Shown: positions 27,510 through 40,714 of the stretch, piece after piece
How the letters are laid out: every line of letters begins with the position of its first letter
Position numbering within the stretch: position 1 is the first letter of the stretch
NCBI RefSeq assembly: GCF_006345805.1
Contig: NC_043007.1
Coordinates: 6,138,001 to 6,202,000, forward strand
Origin: Octopus sinensis
Lineage: Eukaryota
DNA: 64,000 nucleotides
Direction: 5' to 3'
The notes under the pieces: model-generated
Database searches by the model: none
What the model saw: the letters and a program-made list of their open reading frames with translations, nothing else
What the model was told of the DNA's origin: nothing
Made by a program: the position numbers and the translations under genes

Positions 27510-27920
27510 ACTAGGCGTAGGAGTGGCTGCGTGGTAAGTACTTTACTTACGAACCACATGGTTCCGAGTTCAGTCCCACTGCGTGACACCTTGGGCAAGT
27601 GAATTCTACTATAGCCTCAGGCCGACCAAAGCCTTGTGAGTGGATTTGGTAGACGGAAACTAAACGAAGCCCGTCGTAAATATATATATATATGTATGTA
27701 TGTGTGTATATGCTTGTGTGTTTGTGTTTGTCCCCCCAACATCGCTTGACAACCGATGTTGGTGTGTTTACGTCCCCCGTAACTTAGCGTTTCGGCAAAA
27801 AGACTGATAGAATAAGTACTAGGCTTACAAAGAATAAGTCCTGAGGTTGATTTGCTCGACTAAAGGCGGTGCTCCAGCATGGCCACTATGAAACGATTGA
27901 AACAAATAAAAGAGTAAAGA
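27510..27920 (+). mobile_element. SINE family B, full length
   Basis: ggagtggctgcgtggtaag..ccgagttcagtcccactgcgtgacaccttgggcaagt (CORE-like)..aaggcggtgctccagcatggcc..gaaacaaataaaag. Confidence 0.9.
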
Positions 27921-30769
27921 GTGAAGAGAATATGTATCAGGCTTGAAATGATATACGAGGGTCCATCTTTCGACGGAATTCTTGAAGGAGATGCCTCAGC
28001 ATGGCCGTATTCTATGACTGAATCTAAAAGAATAGTTACTCACTTTTATTGTGTAATACTACTATTAATTCACTAATTCTTGTTGAAAAACTACAAATTG
28101 CGGTGTTCTACAAATTGGACGGATCATACCTGTTATTATCGAAGTTGTGTCTACTACAAATAGTTATAACCTGTACGAGGACAGAGATTGGTTACCAATT
28201 CTAGAGAAGATTGATTTAGTTTTCTGTCGACGGAGAAAAAAAATACCAGTGATTTAATCAAGTTTCTTTTCACGGTGAGAATATTATATATGCATACATA
28301 CATATGTATGTATATATATATATATATATATACATACACATATATATATATATGTATGGATATGTATATATATGTATATATATATAATATATATATATAC
28401 ACACACATATTTTACAGACATAAATATATATATACATACATATACACATACATATATATATATATCCATACACACATGCATACACACACACATACACACA
28501 CACATACGCACACACACATATATATATATATATACACATGTATGTACGTGAACAAGTATTTATGTATATTTATTCATTTGTTCTTTCCTTACGGTTGAAG
28601 TTTCTAAAGAGCGTATTATGAAATGAAATAAAAATAAAAAAGCCCTCTTACAGAAGAATCAATGTATGTAATCTTTAGAAAGGAAACAGGAACATACAAA
28701 CCTACAGATCACCGAAAATAAAATCTATACAGATAAGACAAAAGGAACGATAATGATGCGAACGAAATCGTACGTACGTTTGTTTTTCTTTAGCAGATGG
28801 CTGATAACCTCTCCAATCCATTTAGAGCAGTAATAGCAGCAGCAGCAGCAGCGGCAGCAGCATTAGAATGGCAGCATTGTCGTTTGTAGCAGCAGCAGCA
28901 GAAGAAGATCCGTCGCTGTCGCCATCAAAACTACTTAACCTTAGCCTCTTCCGGTGTTCGGTGTTACCGGAAACGGGAGGAAAGCGGAGAATTCTGTATT
29001 AATGCCAGTGTTTTCCTCCGAACTGGAGAATGTTTTATGGAAAGAAAGTCGTATATTATTTTGTTTTTGTTGTTGTTCAACCAGGACAACTCTTATGAAA
29101 TCAATGAATGTTACAAGCTTTCTTCCCGTGACCATTCCTTCTTTGGCCGAGCAATGAGACAAAGTGTTGGCAGAATCGTTAACGCATTTTATAGAATGTT
29201 TAGCAGTCTTCGTTCCACCTCCGTGTATTTTGGGTTCAGTTTTTGCTGAGCTCAACTTTGTCTTTTATAATTTCTTTTCTCTCCTTTCTTTCTGTTGCAA
29301 ACACACATTCTCCTTCACTCGTCTTCCCAGTTATATTCAGAACTAAAGATGGAGGAATCCAGCCAATTTCAAATGATGCCTAACACAAGTATATCATGAA
29401 GGCGTCCAACCGATTTTACGAGGATTGTAAGGGGCTGAGAAAGAGAAGGAGCATTTCAGGCAGTGTATCTACGACCAAAGTTTGTTTTTATTAATATAGT
29501 AAAGTATTATTTTTAAAAATTTAATGAAAACAGAAAGCAGATGTACCGTAAATTTTGAGGCGAACTGGAAAAAATAAAACAAAACTGTAAAAACTCCTGA
29601 AGTTGCATGCAATGTTACTCTGGCCATGTTTTCTTTTCAGTAAAGTTCCAATGCGTATGCCCGCCTTTGTTTTAAAGCTATTTTAATCCTATGATTATGG
29701 TGGATCGCATTTTCAGGTGTTCAGGAATATGAAAAACAAAAGCTTGAGAATACGATACAAAAGAAACAAATTTCCTTTCTAACTTGTAAGATTAAAGCTT
29801 TTTATTTCACGGTTGAAAGTCGGCCAGTCTCTGTGATGTAGTTTGGAAACGGTCACCTGATATGATAGACAAATGGCGTCGATTCCCATAGGATTTTCTT
29901 TCCGGCAAAAATTTTTTTTACTGATATATGACCAATCTTTCTTAGCTTCATCTGCATTTGAACAGCTCACTCTCAATGCTGGAAAATACTATTCAAAATA
30001 ATGAATTTCCTTTTCTCGCTTGTAAGATTAACGCATCTAGTTTGATAATTGAAATCGTCAAGTCACTCCTGTGTGGAGTTTTTATGGTCATCTTGTGAAA
30101 GCCATTTCCTCTGCAATTATTTCCTCTTTTGACAGCAAAGTGTCAATGTATCGTATATGTACTTCCTAATTAAAGATGTTTCAGTGCGAATGAATGAAAA
30201 TGTGGCTGCTATTTCCACCAATTAGTGTATCACAGTAGATTCCCCTATTTTATGGCTTGGAGAATAAAATGTATTTAATTTTATTAGTTTTCATCAAAGG
30301 TCGGATAACTTGTTACAGTTCTAACACCTTTTCCCCATCACAATATATTGAAGTACAAAACTATTTCGTTTTTTGTTATCTTTACCATTTATATAGTTGG
30401 ATATTCTTTAGTAATCATGAAAATAGAAGACAATGATATAAAGTGAAAAATCTGACAAAAGAATCAATCACACGAGTCCCATGATATTAGTTCTTGGTGC
30501 TTCAACAGAACTGGCCTGACAATTGTCTTTCACAGGCAGCTCTAGAGGAGAGAGAGAAATATAACGGCCCACTGGGAGTTATACGTAGAAAATCAGTATT
30601 GATTTAGGAAGAACAAGAATGTAAAGTGTACATAAATATAACTCGATTCAATCGAAGGGAAATAAAAGTTGTACGTAAGAAATGTATTTATTCTTTAACT
30701 TTTTCGATATGTTTACCTTCTTGGAAACCAGACGAGATTTATTGAGAATTTTAGTCAGTTGATGACAGG

Positions 30770-31540
30770 TTTATACATACACACATACATACATATATAC
30801 ATACATACACACATACATACATACACACATACATACATACACACACATACATACTTACATACATACATACATACACACATACACACATACATACACACAC
30901 GCTCATACATACATACATACATACATATATACATACATACATACATACATACATACATACATACATACATACACACATACATACATACACATACATACAT
31001 ACATACATACGCACATACATACATACATATATACATACATACATACATACATACATACATACATACATACATACATACATACACACATACATGCACACAC
31101 ATACACACATACATACATACATATATACATACATACATATATACATACATACATACATATATACATACATACATACCTCATACATACATACATGCACACA
31201 CATACACACATACATACATACATATATACATACATACATACATACATACATTCATATATACATACATACATACATACCTCATACATACATACATATATGC
31301 ATATACACATATATACATATGAATATAGGTTTATATACACATATATACAAATATGTGTATGCATATATGTATAGATATATAAATATATGTACAAATATAT
31401 ATATATATTATATATACGTATATTATATATATATATATATATACATACATAAATATATATACATTCATATATATATATACGTACACACACACACATATGT
31501 TTATGTATGTATGTATGTATGGTATGTATGTATGTATGTA
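30770..31540. repeat. ~770-bp (CATA)n/(CA)n/(TA)n simple-repeat block
   Basis: Direct reading; source of the long MYV/HTY ORFs. Confidence 0.95.
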
Positions 31541-32229
31541 TACATACTATACTGTGTGTGTGCGCGTGGCGAGTAGAATGTAAGTGCTGAATTAGATTCC
31601 CCACCCAATGAAAGCAATCAAACCAGAGAAAAGCCTCATGCATAACAGTTTATATTATGTTAAAATAAAATGATTCATTTTAGATGGCCTTAACTTTCAC
31701 TCTGTATGAGTTTCTCATTCGCGCATATTTGCACTAGTTTTAAGATACCTTGCAATGTAGTTTCAATAGAGAGCCATGCTATTGTATTTGTCAAGGCTAA
31801 TCTAAATCACAAAAGCCAGAAAGAGACTCTTCAGAGGAGTACTTCATCCACTAACATTCGCTCAGGTAGTACAGACTCTACCCGAAAACATTGACCTACA
31901 CTGTCGTCTCGAGATCCTATAAACCAAACACCTAAAATTTATATCACATACTATTTATCTCACTCCACAATTTAGCAGCTCTAGCGCGTCAAATTTAATA
32001 TCCTTACTTTTTCTAACTAGCTTACTAACTATATTATATACATATTTGTGTGTGAAGTATATATATATATATATATATAGTTAATCCAAACATGAAAACA
32101 CAAAGAAAAATACAACAACGAGAGGACATGGAACAAGTATAGTGTTATTGGGCGCTCAGGAAAGGAAAGATCCAAGGAAGGGAAGACGGAGGGAAAAATC
32201 AACCCTAGTATATATATATATATATATAC

Positions 32230-33334
32230 TAGGGTTATAACTTTTTTGATTTTTTAAAAGTAAACAATTTTCTACATCAAAAGGCGAGGAATAATTTCAT
32301 ATAAGTAGGGAAAATATTATAAGTTTTTTTAAAAGAACGTCACCCCCAACTGAAGACATCTAACACCACTTTTGACCCAAATCATGGAAAATTCCAGTGG
32401 CGTGGGGTGGGTGGGTTCATAGTGCCAACTCAATTTTTTTACTTGGTGTGGTGTCTTAATGCAATGCAGAAGCAGCATATCTCAAATTTCAGCTTTCAAG
32501 TTTAAGTAGTTTAAAGTTATAGACTTTTAAACTTGTTACCACTTAGGCCCTACTTTAGAAAATATCCGCTTCCTCTCCTTTTTATTTCTGTGACACTAAA
32601 AACTCTGACTATTTTAACTATTTTTCAGAATAGAAGGTTTATCCAACTAGAATATCTAAAATATTGTCTCATATCTTATGAGATAATATTTTGGATATTC
32701 TAGTTGGATAAACCTTCTATTCTGAAAAATAGTTAATATAGAGCTTGTGTCACTCAAAGAAATAAAAAAAATCTGGACGAAGAATCTCGTGCAATTTCAA
32801 GACTTACATAGGAAGAGAAGCCCTGTTCCTCTAGAAGAGCATTCTTTGGAAAGCAATTGCAGGATACCAATGAAACTTCAAATTGTTGGTTGCTACCTGT
32901 TCCTTTGAAGGAAAGATAGAACAGTGTCCTTAATGCCAACTTCATCCAAAGCGACTCCAGCGTCGTCGTCAACGGCTGAAGCAGAGACTGAAAGGGAATA
33001 TCAAGAATCCGAAAAATCAGATGAAGAATCCACACAAACAAGGGGGAAGTACAGCAAAACTGGAACTGCAACCAAGTTAGGAATACCATCCAAGCTATGA
33101 ACCCAAAAAGCAGCAACAGTTTGTCGACAGTTACCTCAAACGGAATCAATGTCGAGACTCCTTACTAATCTGGTATTTACAGATCGATTATCAAAGAAGC
33201 TGTTAAACTAAAACAGAAAATGAAGAAAACACTACATTTAGAAAACTGGTCATTGCATTTTGATGGTAAACGTACTGATGACCAAGAATACAAAGTGCTA
33301 GTTTTAATGAATGGACAGTAAGAGAGAAAGAGAA

Positions 33335-33387
<53 letters not shown>

Positions 33388-33530
33388 AAGGGGGTTATAT
33401 TAGAAACATTCTTATTACCAAACATAATATCCGATAGTGTTGTGAAAAGAATAACAGCTATTTTAGTTGAATACAATTTTTGGAACTGTGTAAAGATGAT
33501 TGTCGCAGATACAACGGAGTATGAACACTG
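32230..33530 (+). mobile_element. Decayed hAT-like (hATm-type) DNA transposon, 5' part
   Basis: Reads SGIYRSIIKEAVKLKQKMKKTLHLENWSLHFDGK..EYKVLVL, then a (GA)n insertion, then CVKMIVADTT. HFDGK and DTT are the first two acidic motifs of this group. Begins at TAGGG after a TA tract. Confidence 0.65.
32614..32736. repeat. 123-bp near-perfect palindrome (60-bp arms, 3-nt loop)
   Basis: ttaactatttttcagaatagaagg...gtctcata|tct|tatgagat...ccttctattctgaaaaatagttaa; two mismatches. Confidence 0.95.
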
Positions 33531-33727
33531 TATGTATGTCGTCAAGAGTTCCTCCGCCCTTTGACAGGTTTTGTTTTTCATCCCGCAAGGGTTGCCAGTT
33601 TAGTCGCCGACGACCCGACCATGCAACAGGTTGTACTGGGTTACATGTTACCAGTAGCACTCGAAAGTGACCTGACCTGAATCCTAATACATACATACAT
33701 ACATACATACACACATATATACATACA

Positions 33728-33766
<39 letters not shown>

Positions 33767-33769
33767 GTA

Positions 33770-33831
<62 letters not shown>

Positions 33832-35083
33832 CATACACACACATACACACACACATATATGTACATACACATGAATATGGGTAACATATACTTTGGAATG
33901 CTTCCCCCCCACAAAAATGCTGGTGTCACTAGGAAAACTTTTATCAATTTAGGTATCTCAAGCGTTTCGTTCCTTAGTCAGCGTATTTTGTCCGTGTGGT
34001 GCATGGAAGAGGGTTCCGTTCACAGTCTGTCTTTTATTAACCATAGCCGACTTGAGCTGATTTCAGCTGCCATGTCTATCTATTTGTTGGCTTCCTTCAA
34101 CAGTCTATGTTCTAGACGAATTTTCAGTTGGGAATGAAGTAGCTTGCTATCTTTTGACAGACACCCCACCGATCAAGTCCTGATATTTGGCTTTCTTCGG
34201 CTGTTGAAAAATGTCGAGTCGTCAGAGCAGAGGTTAGAATGTCTTGCAGTACTTCTGTTTCTTTGCGCTCTCAGTTCAGTTAATCCGTATCGAGTTCGAT
34301 CAAGAACCAATCTTGTACTGGTATCGATTCTTCTCTTTCACTCCTTTTTTCTATCTGTCTCCCTCTATGTTCCTAGCAGGAATCGGCAGTGATCAGATCC
34401 GCGAACTCTAATGCACATCCAAAACATCTTCTGTTACGAACGGAGCTCTTACGACTCTAGTAAGAGATGAGAACCTTTAGCAAGGTAAGGAAAGGGAAGG
34501 AAAGATAACTAAAGGGAATATAGAAGGGTAACCGTGGAAATTAGCAGAAAACATATCCCTGAATCAAGGAAGAGGTAAGTTCTGATAAATGAGAGGGGCG
34601 TAACTTAAAATACAAAATAAATAAATAAGCAAGTCAAATGTACAAGTGTTATTCATTTTAATTTTTTCTTAAGCAAAGGGCAAAATCAGGGAAGCCTTGA
34701 CAACGAAGAAATAATTAGACAACCAAACTGGGATAAAAAAAATCAAATCGATAAAAACAACGACAAAATAACATATCAAGAAAAAACAGTAAAATATTAT
34801 TTGTGGCTAACGACAGACAGAAGATAAAAATGGTGGTGGTGATGATGATGATGATGATGATGAGGAGGAGGAGGAGGAGGAGGCGGTGCAAGATAACAAA
34901 TCATAAAAAAGTCATCCCGTAGAGATTTCAAGATATGAGGAAGATTTCTTTTTAATATAGTCAAGAAAATAGAAAACGTTAATTAGAAACTGTGTATGTG
35001 AGGGTGTGTGTTTAAATAAGTACTCACAGTTATATAGGACCAAACATAACCTACACAAAGGCGTACCTACATAAACGCATACT

Positions 35084-35142
<59 letters not shown>

Positions 35143-35234
35143 ACAAACACAAATACACACATATATATATACATATATATACATACACATATATTGAACA
35201 AAGCGTTGAGTGTTATATATCCATTACAGCCGTT

Positions 35235-35370
35235 CTCGCCAATCAGTTTCGCATTGGGTGTCAAACCCGGAAGTTTCATAGGAGAACGTTAAGTAATACC
35301 GAGCGCTCTCTTTTGCTGCAGATAAATAAGAATTATGGTAACTACTCTCCGTTACCGGAGGCGGGAAAAC
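35235..35370. promoter_or_regulatory. Putative promoter-like motif cluster
   Basis: CCAAT (35239), ATTGG (35253), ETS-type CCGGAAGT (35267) and GGCGGG (35360) in a CpG-containing non-repetitive patch. Confidence 0.3.
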
Positions 35371-35774
35371 ACTTTCGATTTGAGGATATTGTGAAAAAAA
35401 AGACGAAACGATGCAATGAGTTTTACACAGAGTTATGTCCTTTGGACACAAAGTGTCTTTAAGACGGTGTAATGCGTCAAGCGTTCTCTAAGGGACGTGT
35501 ATTTGCTTCTGGTTGGAATGTACGTAGCTATTTTATATTTGTAAGCATATTTTGGTTGAAATGGGGGTGCTAGGTGGCCGTTCATGTTCGATTGTGTCTA
35601 TGTGTTTCTTTGTGTGTGTCTGATTAAGCACTTCTACTGGTTTATTAGAATATAATGGTTGCAAGGCCAAAAGTGGAAAACCAATTAGTTATAGTCATGG
35701 TAGGGTCTGTAAGTACGATAAGATATACCTTCTTTCTTGTGAGCAAGTGCTAAAAATCTCATTTCTGCAGTTTA

Positions 35775-36050
35775 GGCAGATGTCTGGGTGCTCAGAATTC
35801 GTTAAACTCAGTTCTTATTTTGGCTTAACATAATCTGCATTTTCTGCTGTTAATAAAGTAAGTCTTGTGCTTCACAAAGGTTTTTAACTCTATGCTGTAC
35901 TCCACGTGGTTTTCCTTGAACAACTCAACGTGTCTGATCCGGGCTGTGGCTTTTCGTTTCCCCAGAATATCGAAGAAGGACTTACTGTTAATGGTTCTAA
36001 TCCTGAAGAGAGTTTCTGTTGTTCTCAGTGGCCCAGCAACAAAATTTGCT
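35775..36050 (-). mobile_element. Penelope-like GIY-YIG fragment, degenerate
   Basis: Frameshifted FRIR..KSFF, then RHVELFKENHVEYSIELKTFVKHKTY..SRKCRLC. Confidence 0.65.
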
Positions 36051-36051
36051 T

Positions 36052-36170
36052 AGTGGGTGCAAACCCAGCTCCAAAGCCAGTCACGCACAGCAGCCATTGA
36101 AACCAAGGACTTGTGTGCTGAAGCATTGTCCTAATGAAACAAGACCCCATTCATCAGTTTTTCTGGGTGT
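36052..36170 (-). mobile_element. Mariner transposase fragment
   Basis: GVLFH*DNASAHKSLVSMAAVRD (HQDNAPAH motif). Confidence 0.75.
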
Positions 36171-36689
36171 TTGGTCTTGATAGCCTTTCATAACTGCCTT
36201 AGGAAGTTGGCATTGACATTTTCCATTGATGGTGTTATTATTTTGAAGATAGCCAATAAATACAATATTTTTGCATTAATGCATAGCATATGTAATAATG
36301 TGAAGTATATATTGCATATTAAAATGTTTAATTTTGTAAATATATCAAGCAGAGCAAACATAACCAGTAAAAATACAAGTTGCAAGTATTTCAAAATGTG
36401 GGACACTACATGACGAAAACTAATAAAAAAAAGGAAGAAAACAGTGGTGCTTGTGTTCCAAAGGTACAATGAGGAGGCTCAGGAGAAGCATGGAAAGATG
36501 GGGTAGACGGGAAGAAAGATAGAAGGAAAGAAAAGAATGAAAAGTGAAAAGATAAACTGGGAAGTCTAAAGTAAGTGGTAGGTAAGAGATGAAACAAAAT
36601 ACATGTCTTACCTATGGACTGGTCAAGTAGAAAAAAGATGAGCGATAAATAAATTGGCATCTATATCATTAATTATGCAACAAGCAGTA

Positions 36690-37390
36690 GGGGTTCAAGG
36701 ACGGATCCCTGTGCTACACCAGAAGTCATCTCATAGGGTGAAGAATGGTGTCCTAGAACCGTAACTACTTCTTTCCGACCGAGAAGGACTTCAGGAGTTA
36801 TAGAGATCATCCTTCACACCTATTGCAGAGCGTTTTACCATGAGTCGTTTGGAAAGCTTTAGCAAAATTCAACGTAGACAGCATCCGCCCATGAACTGCC
36901 ATCAGTAACTTGGATGATGTCCTCAAAAAACTCCGTGAGTTGACTACAGCATCTGAAGTTAGGGATAAAACCACATTGTGAGGGTCGAATAAGGCTGTGA
37001 GAGCTCCAAAATTTCCAGAGTGTTTCTCTGACACAAGATTCCATCAGTTTGGCGATGCAGCTAGTAAGGTCGATTGACGGTAGTTGACAGGTGATGTGCG
37101 ATCACCTTTTATGAACAGGGGAACGGCGCTGGCAATTTTTCAGTGCTCTGGAGTGACACAGTTGTTAAGGCAGAATCGAAAAAGGAAGGAAGGAAACTGG
37201 GCAATAGAAAGAACTCACCAACTTTGAGAAGCAAATAAGTAACACGATGAAGACCAAGAGAGGCATAGTTGCGCTCATTCTTGAGGTGATGTAGCAGTAT
37301 TGCGGGTGTGAATTTCACAGACATTACGGAATTTGATGTCAGAGTTGGGGAAGAAGGTACATTGGGATTTCCAGCAGTAAAAATGCCTGC
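36690..37390 (-). mobile_element. CR1-like LINE RT fragment
   Basis: KGDRTSPVNYR, MESCVR..SQCGF..SQLTEFFEDI..DAVYV.FAKAF, SGVAQGSVLEPLL. Confidence 0.85.
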
Positions 37391-37624
37391 ATAGCATTCA
37401 GCAATAAGCTCAGCGGTTTAAGAAAACGATAAATTGAAGATAATAACTTAAGCACTGGTGTCGATTTGGTCGAATTAAACACTTCCGAGCAGTGTCCCAG
37501 CATGGCCGTAATCTAATAATGAAACAAATAAAACATAAAAGATATACGATACATACACAAGTAGATAGATCTATCTATCTATCTATCTATCTATCATCTC
37601 TATCTATCTATCTATCTATCTATC

Positions 37625-37659
<35 letters not shown>

Positions 37660-37662
37660 AAT

Positions 37663-37738
<76 letters not shown>

Positions 37739-37744
37739 TTACAT

Positions 37745-38006
37745 ATATCACGTCACGGGATCGACCAGTCCATCAATGTAGTTACACATCGCTGGTCACA
37801 ATGCGTTCGCATTGTTTTAGCCTTCGAATGACGCCACCCCGCTGGCTAGCGAGCAGGCCAACAGAAGAAAGAGTGAAGAAAGAGTGGTGAAAGAGTACAG
37901 CAGGGATCACCACCCCCTGCCGGAGCCTCGTGGAGCTTTTAGGTGTTTTCGCTCAATAAACACTCACAACGCCCGGTCTGGGAATCGAAACCGCGATCCT
38001 ACGACC
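37745..38006 (-). mobile_element. tRNA-derived SINE family D, intact
   Basis: Reverse complement head GGCGCAATGGCCAAGTGGTTAGGGCAGCGGACTCGCGGTCGTAGGATCGCGGTTTCGATTCCC; flanked by microsatellites. Confidence 0.88.
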
Positions 38007-38043
38007 GCGAGTCCGCTGCCCTAACCACTTGGCCATTGCGCCT

Positions 38044-38112
<69 letters not shown>

Positions 38113-38134
38113 GCAAGAATTTTTATGTGAAGTC

Positions 38135-38510
38135 GTGTGTTGAAACAGATATTGTTATATTTCGGAATGGTCATTTTGCCAGTTTAGCCAATAACAACAC
38201 ACGCACTATATAATACAGGCATCCCCCCACATACACACACTAAATAAACATAGACGCACATAGAGATATAAGCATGCGCAAATGAAAACATACAATAGAA
38301 ATACAAAATGGCTGACGGTTAGTAAGGAGAGACACAAATAAGAAAGAAGAAAACAAAGGACCACTGATTCGGTCACAGGAGTGTGACGAAAGAACTCTGG
38401 CCGAAATAAGATTAAGATTAATGTAAAAAATAAATAACACTGAAGCAAAATAACACCAAATATATAGTGCGTGTGTTTTTATTGGCTAAACTGGCAAAAT
38501 GACCATTCCG

Positions 38511-38517
<7 letters not shown>
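38135..38517. repeat. Interspersed repeat with ~55-bp inverted ends
   Basis: atatttcggaatggtcattttgccagtttagccaataa..cacacgcactata (~38157-38210) is inverted at 38463-38517; a related fragment lies at ~58468-58510. Confidence 0.8.
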
Positions 38518-38582
<65 letters not shown>

Positions 38583-40254
38583 CTCTATATCTGTCTGTCT
38601 ATCTATCCATCTAGCTATATTTCTAACTATATATTTATGTATGTATATTATACAACCATTCGTGTGTGCGTGTAGCTCTTACTGTTTTCCTTGCCTCATC
38701 ACAGAATCGTTGTCTATTCGTTCACACATCCCAGAGTACCGTTTCTGCTAAAAGGAGAGGATTGAATATGGATTGAGCCGGATTGAAATATGGACTTCAG
38801 GATGGTTCAGCATGGCTGCAGTCCAATAACTGTGACAAATGAAAGCTTGGCTTCTGAAAATTTCGGTCTACTTCGTTCCCACAAGATATTGGCCGATCCA
38901 TGCCTCTGTTGCAAGGCATTCGTTGTGCCAAGAAATGTGATCGAACGTGAAACGAAAAAAGAAAGATTTTTAAAAAAATGAACCCCAAGCTTCTTAACCT
39001 CACGGCCACGAATGAGAAAATATATTTTCTTTTTTCAATCTCCTGTTTTAGGATAACAGTTTTAACAATTTTTTCTCGTGAAGGCATTTAAAATATTATG
39101 AAAACATGTGCAGCTTAATTAGGAAATCAACCAGTAATCACCCCTTTTTTAGCTTCAAGTTAATTAATTGGCTTTCGAAAATTTTAGACATTTCAGCTGA
39201 TTGTGGGGTTTAAAAAATAATGTCTTACCACTCCAAGGAATATAAGATTGAGGTTACATTATCGCGATAATTGAAACAAATATAAACTAACTTAAGGCTG
39301 TCTATAAAGATGAATGATATGAGTTGAAAACAAAACATAACAGAAAACGAAATCAGTAAATAAATAAGAAATATTAACGAAAATCAAATAAATAAGATAA
39401 GAAAAAATTAAAGATTATTATACTGCTAAAAAATGATGGGAAACAGTTTTTAAAAAAATGGATAAACAAAAAATAAATAATTATTGTGCTTAATTAACAT
39501 TTAGGATATTTCCTTCAGGCTAATAGTATTAAAACACAGATGTCTCGTAAAAAAAGGAAATAATTAAATTCAACAACGCCAAAGGGAATAAAATGTTTCT
39601 TTTCTCTCTTGTAAAAAGTTTTAACACAAGTTTACAAAAACAATAAAATTGCATACAATGCTGTCGGCCATACAATCTGCCTCATTCACCATCGCTGCAT
39701 AACAGATAGAGAGAGACAGAGGTAGAGACAGATAGTTAAATAGATAAATAGAAAGATAGATAGATTGATAGATAGATAGATAGAGAGAGAGAGAGATAGA
39801 GAAACAGACAGAGCCAGAGATAGACAGAGACCTACTGTTGCTTGGCAAGTGAAAGAAGTAGAACGATTTTCCCAGTGAACAAAGGTGACAACTTAATTGG
39901 TCCTACACAGAATAATAGCCACTCCACTTAATTTCAAAAGCCTAAGATCTTTGGATACTGAATGAGTGTGAGAAGGACAGATTTGCCGCTTTACTCGTAT
40001 CAAGTCTATACGGAACGTGCAATGCCATCTGGTAGAACTAGTAAATCAAAAACGTTTGTAAATTATTCATAGGTTCCAGAAAAGCAGTTCATTAGATAAT
40101 CATCGATGCCCAAGTATGAATCAATAATGATCGGTCAGCGTCTCGATTAAACCTTGACAGAATTCAAAGAAAGACGCTCTACCAATTCTACCTTTTGTAT
40201 TAATAATAATGATAATAATAATGATGATAATTATTATTATTGTTATTTTAATCT

Positions 40255-40445
40255 AGGTACAAATGCAACAGTTTCAAGGGTTGGCAGCTAACCGATGATA
40301 ATACTGCATCGATACCAGTAATTGACTGGTGGTACTTAACTTTATTAATCCTGAAAGGATTAACACCAAAGTCGTCCTCGACAGGATTTGAAATCGTAAC
40401 GTTAAGAGACGGAATAAATGTTGCCAGGCATTTTCCCCCCGACTC
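40255..40445 (-). mobile_element. SINE family A, diverged
   Basis: actggtggtacttaactttattaatcctgaaaggat..aaagtcgtcctcg..atttgaa. Confidence 0.65.
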
Positions 40446-40683
40446 CCAACTGATCTGCAGCTTTAGTTTCCGTTTTACTAATAATGTTAATCGTTTCTAA
40501 TATATAGCCTTAAGGTCAAACATATCGTAGGTGTAGCCATTGAAATCATTCCCGTTCTTTGACTGGCTGTTAATTCTATCGGACACAGCAATAAACAGAA
40601 ACGAGGATGATTTCGATGGTGATGACAATGGTGATGAAGAGATACATTTTTAACAGACAGACAGACAGACAGACAGACACACA

Positions 40684-40714
<31 letters not shown>

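Noticed and set aside
30751-31643. Long ORFs (up to 246 aa) of MYV/HTY repeats, and similar YI/CV/HT ORFs throughout the track
   Set aside because: They are translations of (CATA)n, (TA)n and (CA)n microsatellites that lack stop codons; no codon or domain evidence.
38355-38400. HHR-like fold CTGATTC-gtcac/gtgac-GAAA
   Set aside because: G8 and A9 are missing, there is an extra nucleotide before stem II, and stem III is not supported.
39900-40130. Very decayed LINE RT trace (LDxSKA-like) on the minus strand
   Set aside because: Too degenerate to assign boundaries or clade.
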